Of a stretch of 64,000 bases of DNA, positions 33,871 through 46,012 are shown in pieces. The stretch is from Azolla caroliniana. Taxonomy: Eukaryota; Plantae; Polypodiophyta. The notes below the pieces were generated by a model. That model searched no databases. It was not told the DNA's origin and saw only the letters and a list, made by a program, of their open reading frames with translations. The first letter of the stretch is position 1, and each line of letters starts with the position of its first letter. The stretch is taken from the NCBI GenBank assembly GCA_043228905.1, contig JBHGNT010000011.1:3162001-3226000 (forward strand), read 5' to 3'. Both the position numbers and the translations under genes were made by a program.

Positions 33871-35201
33871 GGCAAGCGCTGTCGTAGTGTATTTCGTACA
33901 CTACGTGAAAAACTTATAAAGTACCGATTTAATAAATATGAATAAATAGTAGAAAATATTAAAATATATATAACATGCATAGGGCAAGATTGGAACCTTG
34001 CACCTCCATGTTAATAATGTAATGTCTTACCATTACACTAGCATTTTGTTAGTGTTTAAAAATAGATGTTCCACATAGAAAGGTTAGTTCACCTAGGATA
34101 AACTTTAGTTAAAAGAAAAACACATGCTAAAAGAAAAGCTACGCATGCACATCTAGCGTGCATGAACGTTATAGTTGATAATAAAAAACACACAAGTTAG
34201 AAAAAGCATGATCACTTTAGATAAAGCACATAGTCTATCTATAGGAAAAGCATGGAGTCTATAGTTAGAGAAGAAAAAGCATGAATTGCTAAGACTCTCT
34301 CATCTCTATATAAGGATGAGGAGCACAATGTAAGGGTGTGTGAAATATTTGGGAAATTGGATATATTTCCTAAAAACACCAATAATAAAATAGAATCGTG
34401 GGATTCACGAAGTTTTATATCGTCTATCTCTTTCAATCTAAATTCATATTCTTACATAAATATTGATTAATGTAATACTTGTGGGATTCACAAGATTTGA
34501 TCTCTTTTCTTAATCTACTCTAATCTATTCTAAACTATTTCAATTTATTACTACGATTAAGATAAACTAAAACAATTATACCTGTGGGATTCACAAGTTT
34601 CTATATCTCTCTCTTATAATTTATTCATATTCATAACTAGACTAGCCTCAAATTCTTCCTCCTCCTAGTCCAAAACCCAGGTGGTTCCCACCCGACTCAT
34701 GCAACGATCCGGAGCCGAAAGGCACGACAGCGCGAAGCCGGTAAGAGGGAGCACGAGCCGGCAAACGGCAAGAACGATGCGACGGCAAACAGTCCAGCGG
34801 CCGGCAAGTCCCACAATTCAGATAGGGATCCGGTGGGACCGGATGCGAATTAACCACACAGTTTTATCAAAAAAAAAAAAAAATCAAATCAAAGTAAATC
34901 ATGCAAGAACGAGGAGTGAACAGGCACCTTGAAAAGGTACGTAGTGGGCTATTAATAGGGTATTAAACCGCCGCCACATGGCACGTCATTCTATTCTAGT
35001 ACACGACATGCACACGTGCAGGTAAGAAAAAAAGGCACCAACATGCAGCAAGAAAAATCCCATCGCATGGAGGTCTTCACATTTTGCGAACAGAGGAGCA
35101 CAAACGTAAACAGGCGATTGAAGATCATCAGACGCGAGCCCACGCACACAGAGCCTCCTCAAACACATCCCTCACCAACACTCACCGACCTCGAAGAAGC
35201 C

Positions 35202-38058
35202 ATGGACTGCGAAGCACTCTCTGAAGCAGCCAAGAAGTGGTTAAGGCAAAACGGGTTAGAAGGTTTCCTCATGATCATGGAGGCGCCACCGCACCGGGAG
35301 GTGGAGAAGATAGTAAAGGAAATCGACACAGAACTGATCACGGAGGAGGCTATCCATGCTTTGATTGGCCTTCCGGAGGGGGGCATCTTCACTATCGACA
35401 ACCCTACCCCGGAGCAGCTCCGAAAATATTTTGGCGAATATTCTCTGGCCAGCAAGGCCTACAACACACAGGGCGGCGAAGATACATTATTTCGAGAGAT
35501 TGCCCGTGTGCTCCATGAATTTGGACATGTATACCCTCGACCCTCGTGCATGCCTCAGAACCGAGCCGGCTTAGTCATAGCAACGTATGAAGGCGTGAAG
35601 GTGGACTGGCCGGTACTGATTGGGGACGGCCTCTATGCGGCCATCGACTCTATAAGAGGCAAGGAGGGTGGGTCGAAAAATATGGATTGTAGTGGTGCAA
35701 TGGCTCACCCTATTGGCGCCACCTATCGAGCCCGTCAAGACCACGAAGCGGGGGAGAACAACCGAAGGCACCCCGAAAACAGCTTCGAAACGGAAGCAGT
35801 TGTTGGCCTCTAAGGCACCCAAAGGGAAGGCGGCCGACATGGACAAGGAAGCAAAAGAGCGCGCCAATAGGAAGCGGCAGGCGGAAACGCAAGAGGAGAC
35901 ACTGGCACGGCCAATCAAGATCATATTTCACCGACCGGTTCAACAATAGCTAGACCCCTTGACAGCAAAAGTCAATATCGGGACTCAAGAGGAGGAAGTA
36001 GAGGAGGAATCGTTAGAGCACCTCCAGCGGCGCCAGAAGGCAAGCACCGCAGAACAGGCTGGGGAGCGTTCGGACCCAAAGAAGGATGGAACGCTTCTAC
36101 CCCGCACTGAGCATCCCACACCAAGGGTGGAACCAGAACCAGTTCGGATAGAACCGGTCACAGAGCTCCCTGCACAACAAGCTATACTGGCGGGTCAGGA
36201 TACTACAAGACCGGAAATTCAAGCGCCGGTAGTACAGTTGCCTCCCTCACCGGCAGGTCAAGAGCAATCAGGGGCGGAGCGGCCAACAGAGGTGCAACCG
36301 GAACCAGAACGGCAAAGTGGTCACCAACCAGAGACAGAGTTGCAGCTCAACGCAACCGGACAAGACCGACCACTGGCTAGCAGAACCAACAGCCAACCCT
36401 CCGTGTAGACGCAACAACAGGGCACCAGCAGCCAATGGCTCCGGTGGATTGGAGAACAGATTGCCGGAGTGGTGCACTACATAGAGGCAGAAGAGAAAGC
36501 ACAGATGGACCGGTTGCTAGTCACAACCGGAGAACTAGAGACGGCCCGGTCGAGGATCCGGAGCCTAGAACAAGACTTGGACCTGGCCACAGAAGAATTG
36601 GCCAAAATGGCCTTAACCGGACCACAGATCCAAGCACCGGTGACTCTAGTAGATGTACAGAATAAAGACACACCATCACCTGTACATAGTAATAAGACCC
36701 CGGAGACGGAACCAATGGCGGCGCAAGCGAAAGAGCTTGTCGAATTGAAAGATGAACTGGCCGCACAAGAAGCATTACGCACCCGAGAAAGGGACTTGAA
36801 GAAAGTGGCAGAAGAAGAACAAAGAAAGACTGTTGAGAACCTCCACTGGGCAGAAGAGAATCTGCAGAAAAGACATCAGGCATATGACCGGCTTAAGGAG
36901 GAGAAAGAGAAAGTGTTGCAAGAAAAGGGTAAGCTGCAACGGATGGTGGAAACGGAGATTGAAAGACTTAAAGAAGAACTCTGTCAACAAAAAGACCAGG
37001 AAGACCACGCTCGCTGGCAACTCAACCAGAAGCTGAAGCAGAAGAACGATGATTTTGAGCATCTGCACCGGGACTATAAGCACCTGGATACGGAGCATAA
37101 GAAGCAGCAAGAGAATATGGCAGAGCTCCGACAGGAAGTTCATCGAGCCGAGACAGCACTAGCTGAAGAATGGGTTTAAAGAACAACGCTACTGGAGGAA
37201 GCCGCGCAGGAACATATGGAGCTCCATAAGAAGCATTATGAAGAAAATGAAAGAGCGACAATGGTATTGCAGAGGTTGCAAAACACTTACCAAAACCAAT
37301 TGTCACATTACTAGGAGTAGGAGGCGGACACGGTGAAGCTGATCAAGCAATTGAAGGAAGAACGGCAAGCCGCGGAGGACAAATCGAAGATGGGACTTGA
37401 GCGGATCCAGTTCATTGTCCAGGCATGGAGGAACAAGTCAAAATGTTTGATTGATGAAAGCTCCGTTCAATGGTGGGACAAATGGGCAAAGCACACAACC
37501 GAACTCCAGTTGCTAAGGGCGGATGCGGAAAACCGGCAGAAGGATGCCGACGACTGCTACATGCTAACAAAGGAGGACTTCACCGTCGTAAGAGATGAGT
37601 TAGCAAAAGATTTTGTAATTCTTGCGGAGGAACAGTCAGCAGTGGTTCGACAACTGGTAGCACAGTTGGACGATGATCGACTGGATGCTCAAATCCAGTT
37701 TGAAAGCTATGAGTGGACTAGGCTATGGCAAGAAGAAGCAAGGCAGGCGGCGACCGTCAACCTCAACAATGAGGAGCTATCGTAGGGGCAAGGACCGGAC
37801 GGAGACAAGGTCGGGGCGAGTCAACTGGAGTCAAATCCGGCAGAGTAGCTGATGCAGGAATCACCGCCACAACCGCCAGTACCGGGAGCCGGACAGACGC
37901 CATCCAAGGAGCAACAGTCGGAGGAGTCGAGGCCGGAGCAACATCAGCCACAACCACAACAGCAACATCAGCCACAACCACAGCAACAACAACAGATTCC
38001 CCAAGAACCATTGGATACCCTGGAGCAGAGTATTCTGGATATCTTGGACGAAGGCTAA
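35202..38058 (+). pseudogene. Extra ORF of Gypsy G between pol and the 3' LTR (about 950 codons; N-terminal globular domain, Pro/Glu/Gln-rich linker, long coiled coil), broken by stops and frameshifts
   Basis: Successive same-strand ORFs 35016..35813, 35668..35949, 35959..36408, 36469..37179, 37333..37785 and 37852..38058. Confidence 0.75.
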
Positions 38059-38111
38059 GGACCGGATAGTGGGATTCGACGTACAAGGTACTGTCCCATG
38101 GGCGTGCCATG

Positions 38112-39422
38112 TGTTACCCGGCCGGCAAAGGAGTTAAAGACCAGAATGTGAAAGGGATTGTATATTCGGAATCTATTATTAAGTAGTTTATGAGACGTGA
38201 ACGGACGGACCGGAATCGGTATGCCGATCCGGATTCGGACTGGTTCCGAACAGGTGCTGGTTGGCACCGTTTTGTACTCAGCACCAGTGACCTATATAAA
38301 GGCCCGGTTACAATGTAAAACTTTGACAGATAATTAATAGAGCTTCTTGATTTATCTTTAAGTGTTGATTACCATTCTGTGCTAATTGTTCTATCATACG
38401 CATCAAGGTTGTTAGGTACGTTAGGTACGGTACGGATACCATACGTATTTAACGTATTAATACCCGTATAGTACCTCCCAATTTAAAAATACGTTAAATA
38501 CGTTTTCTTAATATGTTAAATACTTATAAAATACGTATTTTACGTATTTTACGCATAGTACGTTAAAGACTTCTAGAATTTAAAATTTATTTACCTTTCT
38601 AAAAAATATCTATAATATTGTAAAAAACATCTATGTTTACACAATTTTGTGATGTACAATATAGTTGTACATCCTAAAATGCATATAAGACATTTGACCA
38701 TTTCACATCCTAAAATACTTGTAGTAATATTGATGTCAACATCCCCTTATTCTACAAATCAGTGTAAGTGTGTATCATGATGTTCTACTTCAAATTGTAA
38801 TTATTTACAATTATGCCTTCATAGATTGAGGAATCGTCTACGATTATCACACTCATGATAGGTTTCTCTTTTCTTCGTTTTCTTCTTCTTCTTCTTCTAT
38901 CTTCTGCTATTATCACACTCAGGACAGGTTTATGTCTTCTTTTCTCTCTTCTTCTTCTTCTTCTTCTTCTTCTTCTTCTTCATCTTCTTCATCTTCTTCA
39001 TCGTCGTCTCTTCAATTCTTCTTTCTTCCTTCCTTTGGCTTCTTTTTCACTAAAATCTTTTTTTTCTTTTGCTTTTTGTTGGTGTTTTACTTACATTTTC
39101 TTTATAAATATGTATTATACCTATTTTTTTATAAATACGTTAAATACCATATTGGACAAATGTACATGATATTTGACTGAACAACATTGAGGTATAGTAC
39201 GTACTATACAAATGATGAGGTACTATACGTATTCAAACGTTAAATACGGGTACGTAAACAACCATGATACGCATGTATCAAGTCTAATGCCATATTCCTA
39301 AGTAACCAATTAAAGTCTGATTAATCGTTGAGTCTTAAGTTATCTCGTTGTAGCACCCCTTTGGTGAAGTGTCTTCCGTAGACACCCTGTGTTAGGCCAT
39401 TGTCCGGCCCTAAGGAATAACA
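38112..39422 (+). repeat. 3' LTR of Gypsy G (about 440 bp plus the hAT insertion)
   Basis: TGTTACCCGG...AATAACA; TATATAAA at about 38293; followed by TSD ATCTT. Confidence 0.85.
38404..39266. mobile_element. Non-autonomous hAT-type element (863 bp)
   Basis: 8-bp TSD ATACGCAT (38396-38403, 39267-39274); imperfect TIRs CAAGGTTGTT/AACAACCATG; subterminal TACGT repeats; internal (TCT)n. Confidence 0.85.
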
Positions 39423-40269
39423 ATCTTCTCCTGGAGTTCACGAGCCTTGATCTCTTCATTGAAGTTGTTGTACAGGCTCATGTCGATGAAGCACCGGATG
39501 TATGTCGTCGTCTTCATGTGCATCACCTCCCACATTGTGGCGTCGATCTTATCCAATCTCTTGTCCCCGAACTGAACCAACAACCAAAGATCTTTAACCA
39601 CCAGCATATCCCTCATCTTCAACTTCCACACTGAGTAGTTGGAGCCGGTGAGCTTGAACATGCCGCCGAACAATTCTTCCATTTCCTGTGTTGTTCGCTC
39701 TGATACCAGTTTGTAGAGAATAACGCGGAATGCTGCTCAGCCACAACCAAGTCTTGGATCACTTCGTTTAAGGATCAAACACAGAAATGGGGGTTGGAGA
39801 TAAGTGCACGTACACACACGAACAATAGAGAGTACACAGGATGTTTTTGTGGAAACCCTAAATGGGAAAAAACCATGGGAGCCCACGGACTCCAACTATC
39901 ACTCTGAGGGGAGGAATACAATGTGAGACTCAGAGGCAATGACCTTGAGCTCTATGTCTTCGCCAACCGGCGGTTACAACAGAAATTGTTCTATGTTTGT
40001 CTCACTCTCTATACAACAATTATGCACATACAACAATATGACAACAACTACATAAAGTGATTGCCCTAAGTCATATTTATACTTATATGAACTTAGGGCT
40101 ATTTACAAATATAGCCTCAATAGGCTTACTCAAAAATATATTTACAAATATGTCTTCTCTTCCAGTTCTCACCGAGTCCATCCGATCCGGTTTTCGGATC
40201 TCTTCCGGTTCTCACCGAGTCCTCTTCATTCATAATCGGATCCCATCCGGAGGGACCGACTTCTCAACA
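39423..40269 (-). mobile_element. 5' end of Copia O: gag N-terminus (ATG 39682), PBS 39697-39708, 5' LTR 39712-40269
   Basis: MEELFGGMFKLTGSNYSVWKLKMRDML; TGGTATCAGAGC on the minus strand; LTR start TGTTGAGAAGTCGGTCCCTCCGGATGGGAT resembles the A/B LTRs. Confidence 0.92.
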
Positions 40270-41219
40270 GGGTCGGTCTTTTCAACTACATTCACAACCC
40301 CTTTCTAGATTGATCGTCATCATTGGGTACAAGTTATTGTACTTGTGCCCGCTTCCAATTCTTAGATTTCCTCATTTGATCATCCATGCTGTCTCATTGA
40401 GAGTCATTCGGTACCCATCTTCGGCTAGCATGCCGATGGAGACCAGACTCCTATTCAGATCAAGTACGCGTCGAACTTGGTGCAGGGTGATCATGTTGCC
40501 ATTCGGCAATCGAATGGGGACCTCTTTGATCCCTGCAATTATACACTCCTGCCCATTTCCGAGTCAGACTGTGGTGTTGGCATTGGCCGAATAGTTCGAA
40601 AACCATTCGATGTTCGGGATTATGTGAAATGTGTCGCCGGAATCCAGCAACCACGTGTGTGCGTCTTGCACACTATAGAGGACTTCTCCAATCATTAAGT
40701 CCTCTAAGGAGAGGATTTCTCCCAATCGGGTGTCGACAACATTGACTTGCTTGCCAACTGAAGAGTGATTTGAGTCAAATCGTCCTCGATTCCGCTCGGA
40801 TAGCCGACCACTCTCTTTCCTTTTGATCGACCAACAGTCGGAAACATTGTGGCCGGCTTTTCTGTAGTGGGTGCAAAATTCGCCTGATCGGCTCGTTTTC
40901 AACTTCAGCCGTCATCGGTTCCCCCTCGTTTTCAATCGACTATGATTTTGTCTTGTTCTCTCGATCAACTCGGTCGAGTGATGGGCTTTGGCCGACTCAT
41001 CGATGGTGAGTCCCATCGATTTTCGCCGAATATCCTCATTGAGGATTTGGTCAATTGTTTCATCCTAATTCAGCCTAGGGCTACGATTGGTGAATGTCGT
41101 ACAGAAGACCTCCCAACTCGTCGGCAAGCTTGACTGGAGGGCAAGAGCTTTAACTTCTTCTTTTTAAAAACGAAGGTCTGGAAGTGTTAGACAACCAGCT
41201 TAGCTAGATAGCAATAGAG

Positions 41220-42144
41220 AGATAGATAGATAGATAGATTATATTATCGTCTTCGGAGGTCAAATCACGTTATACGTGTGAAAGTGAGTAGTGACTCTCG
41301 ATGTTCAAGAACTTTACCAATGAATATTGCAATCGAGAGTGCACATTGTGGTTGTGAGAGGAATTCATGCAAAGATTGGGCTCGATTAAAGAGATGTGGA
41401 AAGCATGGTCGAATATGATCAAAGGCAGAGCATTGTATCAAAGTGTGATACTCAGACTCGCGAACTTGTTTAGGGCAAAGTGTGCATAACCGACCACTCT
41501 CATCACTTGTACCCCAACGCCTTGTTTCACATCGCAATGCATGTGAGCTAAGTCGCATGGAAGCAATGGTTCGAATGGCAGATAACAATATGGGCTCTAA
41601 CATGTATGGATGTGTACGATTTCCCCATTCCGCAAAGAATATGGTTTTGTAGTTAGGTGCAACATGTGTAGTATAATGTGTGAAGCATGAGCCTCCACAT
41701 TTGTCCCATGTCATGATACATTGGCGTTGCAAAAATGCCTCATTTACAGAGGAATCTAATGATGCATCATGAAGCAAGTGTCTCGCATCCCATCTACCAA
41801 ACCATTTTTCTATATCTTGCATCCAACCGGAACACAAAATTTTGCTTTTGTGCGTCTTTTGGATCTTTTTGCTTGCTTCCCACGCAATTCTAGGAAGTTG
41901 ATGTGAGGGACTTTTTTGAACCTTAAGCATGTATTAAAAAACCTTTCCATGGCCATGATCTCAATGCGAAGCGATCCTGTCTCAAGGAGGAGGAGGGTGT
42001 AGGGCGTTTGTTTCTTAACTTGTAGAAACTTGGTAAGAAAATGCTTTTGGACATTTTCAAACTCTTTCCACATAGATTTAGGGATACTACCGCCCCATAC
42101 TTCCACCCCATAGAGAAGAACTGGTGTCACCAATCTGTCGAAAA
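41220..42144 (-). mobile_element. 5'-truncated non-LTR retrotransposon (RTEX-like ORF2 C-terminus) with an (ATCT)n tail, inserted in the LTR (GA)n tract
   Basis: LFDRLVTPVLLYGVEVWG..ENVQKHF..LLETG and RLSSHALRCET..RLCTLC..ESEYHTLIQC zinc finger; absent from the sister LTR at 52170-52614. Confidence 0.75.
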
Positions 42145-45100
42145 GAGAGAGAGAGAGATTAACACACAGAAGGTACGCAGGAGAGACAAAGATAGAGAGA
42201 GAGCAGAACAACTTAAATCTATTATCAACAACTCTGTAAAATTCTCTGTATATACAACGTGCTCAATACCACTATTTATACAAGTCCTAAGAGGACTTGA
42301 CAAAAGTATAATGCACTTCAATGCTCACACGAGCGTTTGACACTAACTACGAGACATTAACTACCTACTATTCTAGGCTGCTACTAGGCTTCCGATTACT
42401 ACTTGATCTGGCTAACCGGCTCCCCAACTCACCGGCTCACCGATCCGGCTCAGGCTTATTCAGCCAATCCGGATCCGGTTGAGCTTGCCTCTCAACACTC
42501 CCCCTCAACCTCAACTTGAGTTCGGATCGTAGTGTCAGTCTCCATGGCAGTCGGTCCTTCCACCTCCGCCTCGCTCGCGCTCCTCGTCCGGTCCCGTCCC
42601 GTTTGCCGCGACCCTTCTGATTTTGCGCACCTCGACCTCCTTGGTCGGCTTGTCTATTCAACATGCCCAATTCAGCTCCCTCGTTGTTGTGACTTCGGCG
42701 CTTGCCAATTCGCCGATTCCTTCGTGTTGGCGTCGACTTTCGTTGCCTTCTCGTCCTCTTGGACTTGAATTGATCTGGTTCTTCTGAATCCGTCTGTTGA
42801 ACCGAATCGACTGTCTCAAATTCGTTCCAGCTCTTGTCTGAATCGGTCGCTCCCGATTCGTCTTCCGGTTCCAGGCCCTTCACCACATCGGGCCATGTCC
42901 GGGTCTTGGTCTTCTTCTTCCGGTCGGCTCTGTCCTTCTTGACTCTATCGCCACTACCGCTTGTTTCCGACTTGTTCGGATGTGTCAACTACCTTTGTCA
43001 ACTCAGCCCCTTTCTTCTTCTTGTCTCTCCCTTTGCTAGTTCTTCCCTCACCGGCACAATCGGCAGTTTCTTTGCCTTTGCCCGTTCTCCCCCTCAAGTG
43101 TGGCACGTCGAGATGCTGAACACCAAGCATTTCGGTGAAGTGCTACAACTTGTCTGATCCAAGCGGTTTGGTGAAGATGTCGGCAACTTGCCGATCTTTA
43201 TGAACATACCGAGGTTCGACTTCACCGCTCAGGACACGCTCACGCACGAAGTGGTAATGCACTTCTATGGAATGTGGGGTTCTTGGCGAGCTGCATGTTG
43301 CTTATGTTGTCGCGGTAGATCAGGATCGGGGTCGGCACCTCGATCCGCAGGTCTTGCAACAGTCACCAAAGCCAAATGGCTTCACGAGTGGCAACAGTAG
43401 CGCCCCGGTATTCAGCCTCAGTGCTCGAAAGGGCCACTATAGGCTGTTTTTTGCTGCTCCACGCAACAGCCGCGCTACCAAGGGAAAACATATAGCCAGA
43501 GGTGAATCGGCGATTTGATGCATCGTAGGCCCAGTCGGCACCAGTGTAGCCGACTAGCTCTTCGGTTATACCATGCCGGTATAACAGTCCCCGGTCCTTC
43601 GTGCCGCTCACATATCGCAAAATTCGATGCGCGCACAAAAGGTGCTCCACAGTCGGCTTCTGCATATATTGGTTGATCATGCCGACCGGATAACTGATGT
43701 CGGGTCGGGAGATTGTCAAATATATAAGGCTTCCGACGATTTGTCGGAACCGCTTCTCATCGCAGGCCGGTCCAGAGTCAGGACGGAGCTTCTGGTTCCA
43801 GTCCAGGGGTGTGGAGATCGATCGGCATTCCGTCATGCCGAACTTGTACATCATATTCAACACATAGTGTCTTTGTGAGAACAATATGCCATCGGGGGTT
43901 TGGATCACCTCGACCCAAAGGAAATAGTGAAGGTCCCCCAAGTCCTTCATCTCAAATGCGTCCGACAGCTGGGACTTGACTCAGCTGATTTCATCGAGTT
44001 CGGGTCCGGTGATGACTAGATCATCAACATACAACAAGATGCAAACCGAACCGTCCGGACCTTGCCAGATGAACAACGAAGAGTCAGACTTGGAGGCCAC
44101 AAACCCCATCTTACGCAACCGGTCCGTAATCTTCGCATTCCAAGCTCGGGGGGCTTGCTTCAGGCCATAAAGTGACTTCTTCAGCCGGCATACCGCCGAC
44201 TTGTTCATCTCACACTAGAAATCGAGGGGTTGGGTCATAAAGACCTCTTCTTCAAGATCACCTTGAAGAAATGCATTATTCACGTCCATCTGGTGAAGAT
44301 ACCACCCCCTTGCCATAGCAACCGCCAGCACCACACGAACCGTCGTCATCTTCGCTACTGGAGCGAAGGTCTCGTCGTAGTCGATTCCGTGGGTCTGCGC
44401 GTATCCCTTCACCACTAACTGGGCCTTGTACTGGTTAACCGAACCATCGACATTGTACTTTACCCTTCAACCACACCATTTTGCTCCAGTGTGTACCTGC
44501 AACTGAATTCTCTCCGAATTCCATTATGTTGTAGATAACTATTGAATTGGCCGGAAAAGTATTCTTTCCTGCCATCCGATTGAAGGCACTTGATCTTCCT
44601 CTCTGTTTCCCATTCAACCAAACTTTGAAGGTTCCGGAAACACTCAAAGACTTCGCTCTTCCTCTCGATGAGGTAGATCCACGTGTGCCGGTTGTAGTCG
44701 TCGATGAAGGAGACGAAATATCGACTCCCGCCAAGACTAACATTCTATGTCGGTCCCCATACATCCGAATGAATAAGATCGAGCTTGTTACGGCTACGAT
44801 TTCGTTCGGTGGGGAATGGAAGCTGGTGTTGCTTCCCGAGTTGGTAGGCTTCACATATTTGGACCTTCCGGCCACTGAACTTCAGCAAACCGAAAACAAC
44901 TTGTTTCGTTTGCAAGTCTTGAAGCCTCCGGTAATTGACGTGGCCGATCCGCTTGTGCTAGAGATCAATATCCGATTCACTCTTCTATCCTTTGGCGAAC
45001 AAAGAGGTGCCGACGTCATTGGTGTCGAGGATGAACATCCTCCCATCTCTATGCCCTTGCGCAATAATCTGGCCCTCTTCCTCGATGAAGCACCCAAGGT

Positions 45101-46012
45101 GCGTAAACTGCACCTGCATCCCCTAGTCAACGATCTGACCAACTGACACTAGGTTCTTCGTGATAGTCGGAACATGTAACACGTTCATCAGCTTCCCCCT
45201 CTGTCCGACGTGGCTCAAAGGGACTTCTCCAATATGGACAATTGGGCGAGGAGTGTCGTCTCCGGTTTCGAAAACTCCCGGTTTCTCCAAGAAAGAGAAC
45301 CACTCTTTGTGGCTCATCATGTGATTCGACACACTGGAATCAACGTACCACACTTCCTCTGATTTGGAAGTGGTCTTCTTCATCGAGTTAGCCTCGTGTT
45401 TCATCACCAATGTTGGCCCTTTACCGGCTTTTCCGGTTTTGGATCCTCCTGATCCTTCTGCGTAGTGCGAGTATTGCTGGTTCTCTCTGTCGGCCTTGCC
45501 GGATCCGGATTTGTCTGAATCGGCGCGCTTCTTCCAACACTCGCTTTCTCTGTGGCCCTTTTTACCATAGTACCAGCATTCCGTGTTGGCCTTTGCTTGC
45601 CAGCCTCCGATGCCGCCTTGACTCCCCCTGCTTGTGGAGGGTCCGGAACTGCTGTCGGCACGTTCTTTGTGCCTTCAGTCCTGCTCTTGTCGGCCGCTAC
45701 CATTGCGAGCCGACCCGCCTCGTCCACCACGCCCACAGGGTCGATCCGCCTCCGTGTACAGCATCCGGTTGTCGGTGGGTGCACTTGTTAACGCACCGGC
45801 GTGGTTCTCCTCTACAAGGAGCATCGACTGTAAGTATAAAAATGACGGCGTATTCTCCCTTGTACATACCACTGTTTGGAACGCTCTGAACTTAGACGCT
45901 AGGCCCCCAAGACAGATCTGCACCATCTCATCTTCCTCTACAGTGACATTGATAGAGGCAAGTGAGTCAGAGATCTCTTTGATTCGGGCCGTGTAATTGG
46001 CTACCGATATGT

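Larger units (their letters stand above)
3089..39422 (+). mobile_element. Non-chromoviral Ty3/Gypsy element 'G' inserted in gag of Copia O; 5' LTR almost entirely deleted
   Basis: Starts TGTTACCCG at 3089 (same start as the 3' LTR at 38112) and ends AATAACA at 39422. TSD ATCTT at 3084-3088 and 39423-39427. Domain order PR-RT-RH-IN. Confidence 0.88.

Noticed and set aside
35016-38058. Envelope gene
   Set aside because: No signal peptide or transmembrane segment is evident; composition is coiled-coil and disordered.
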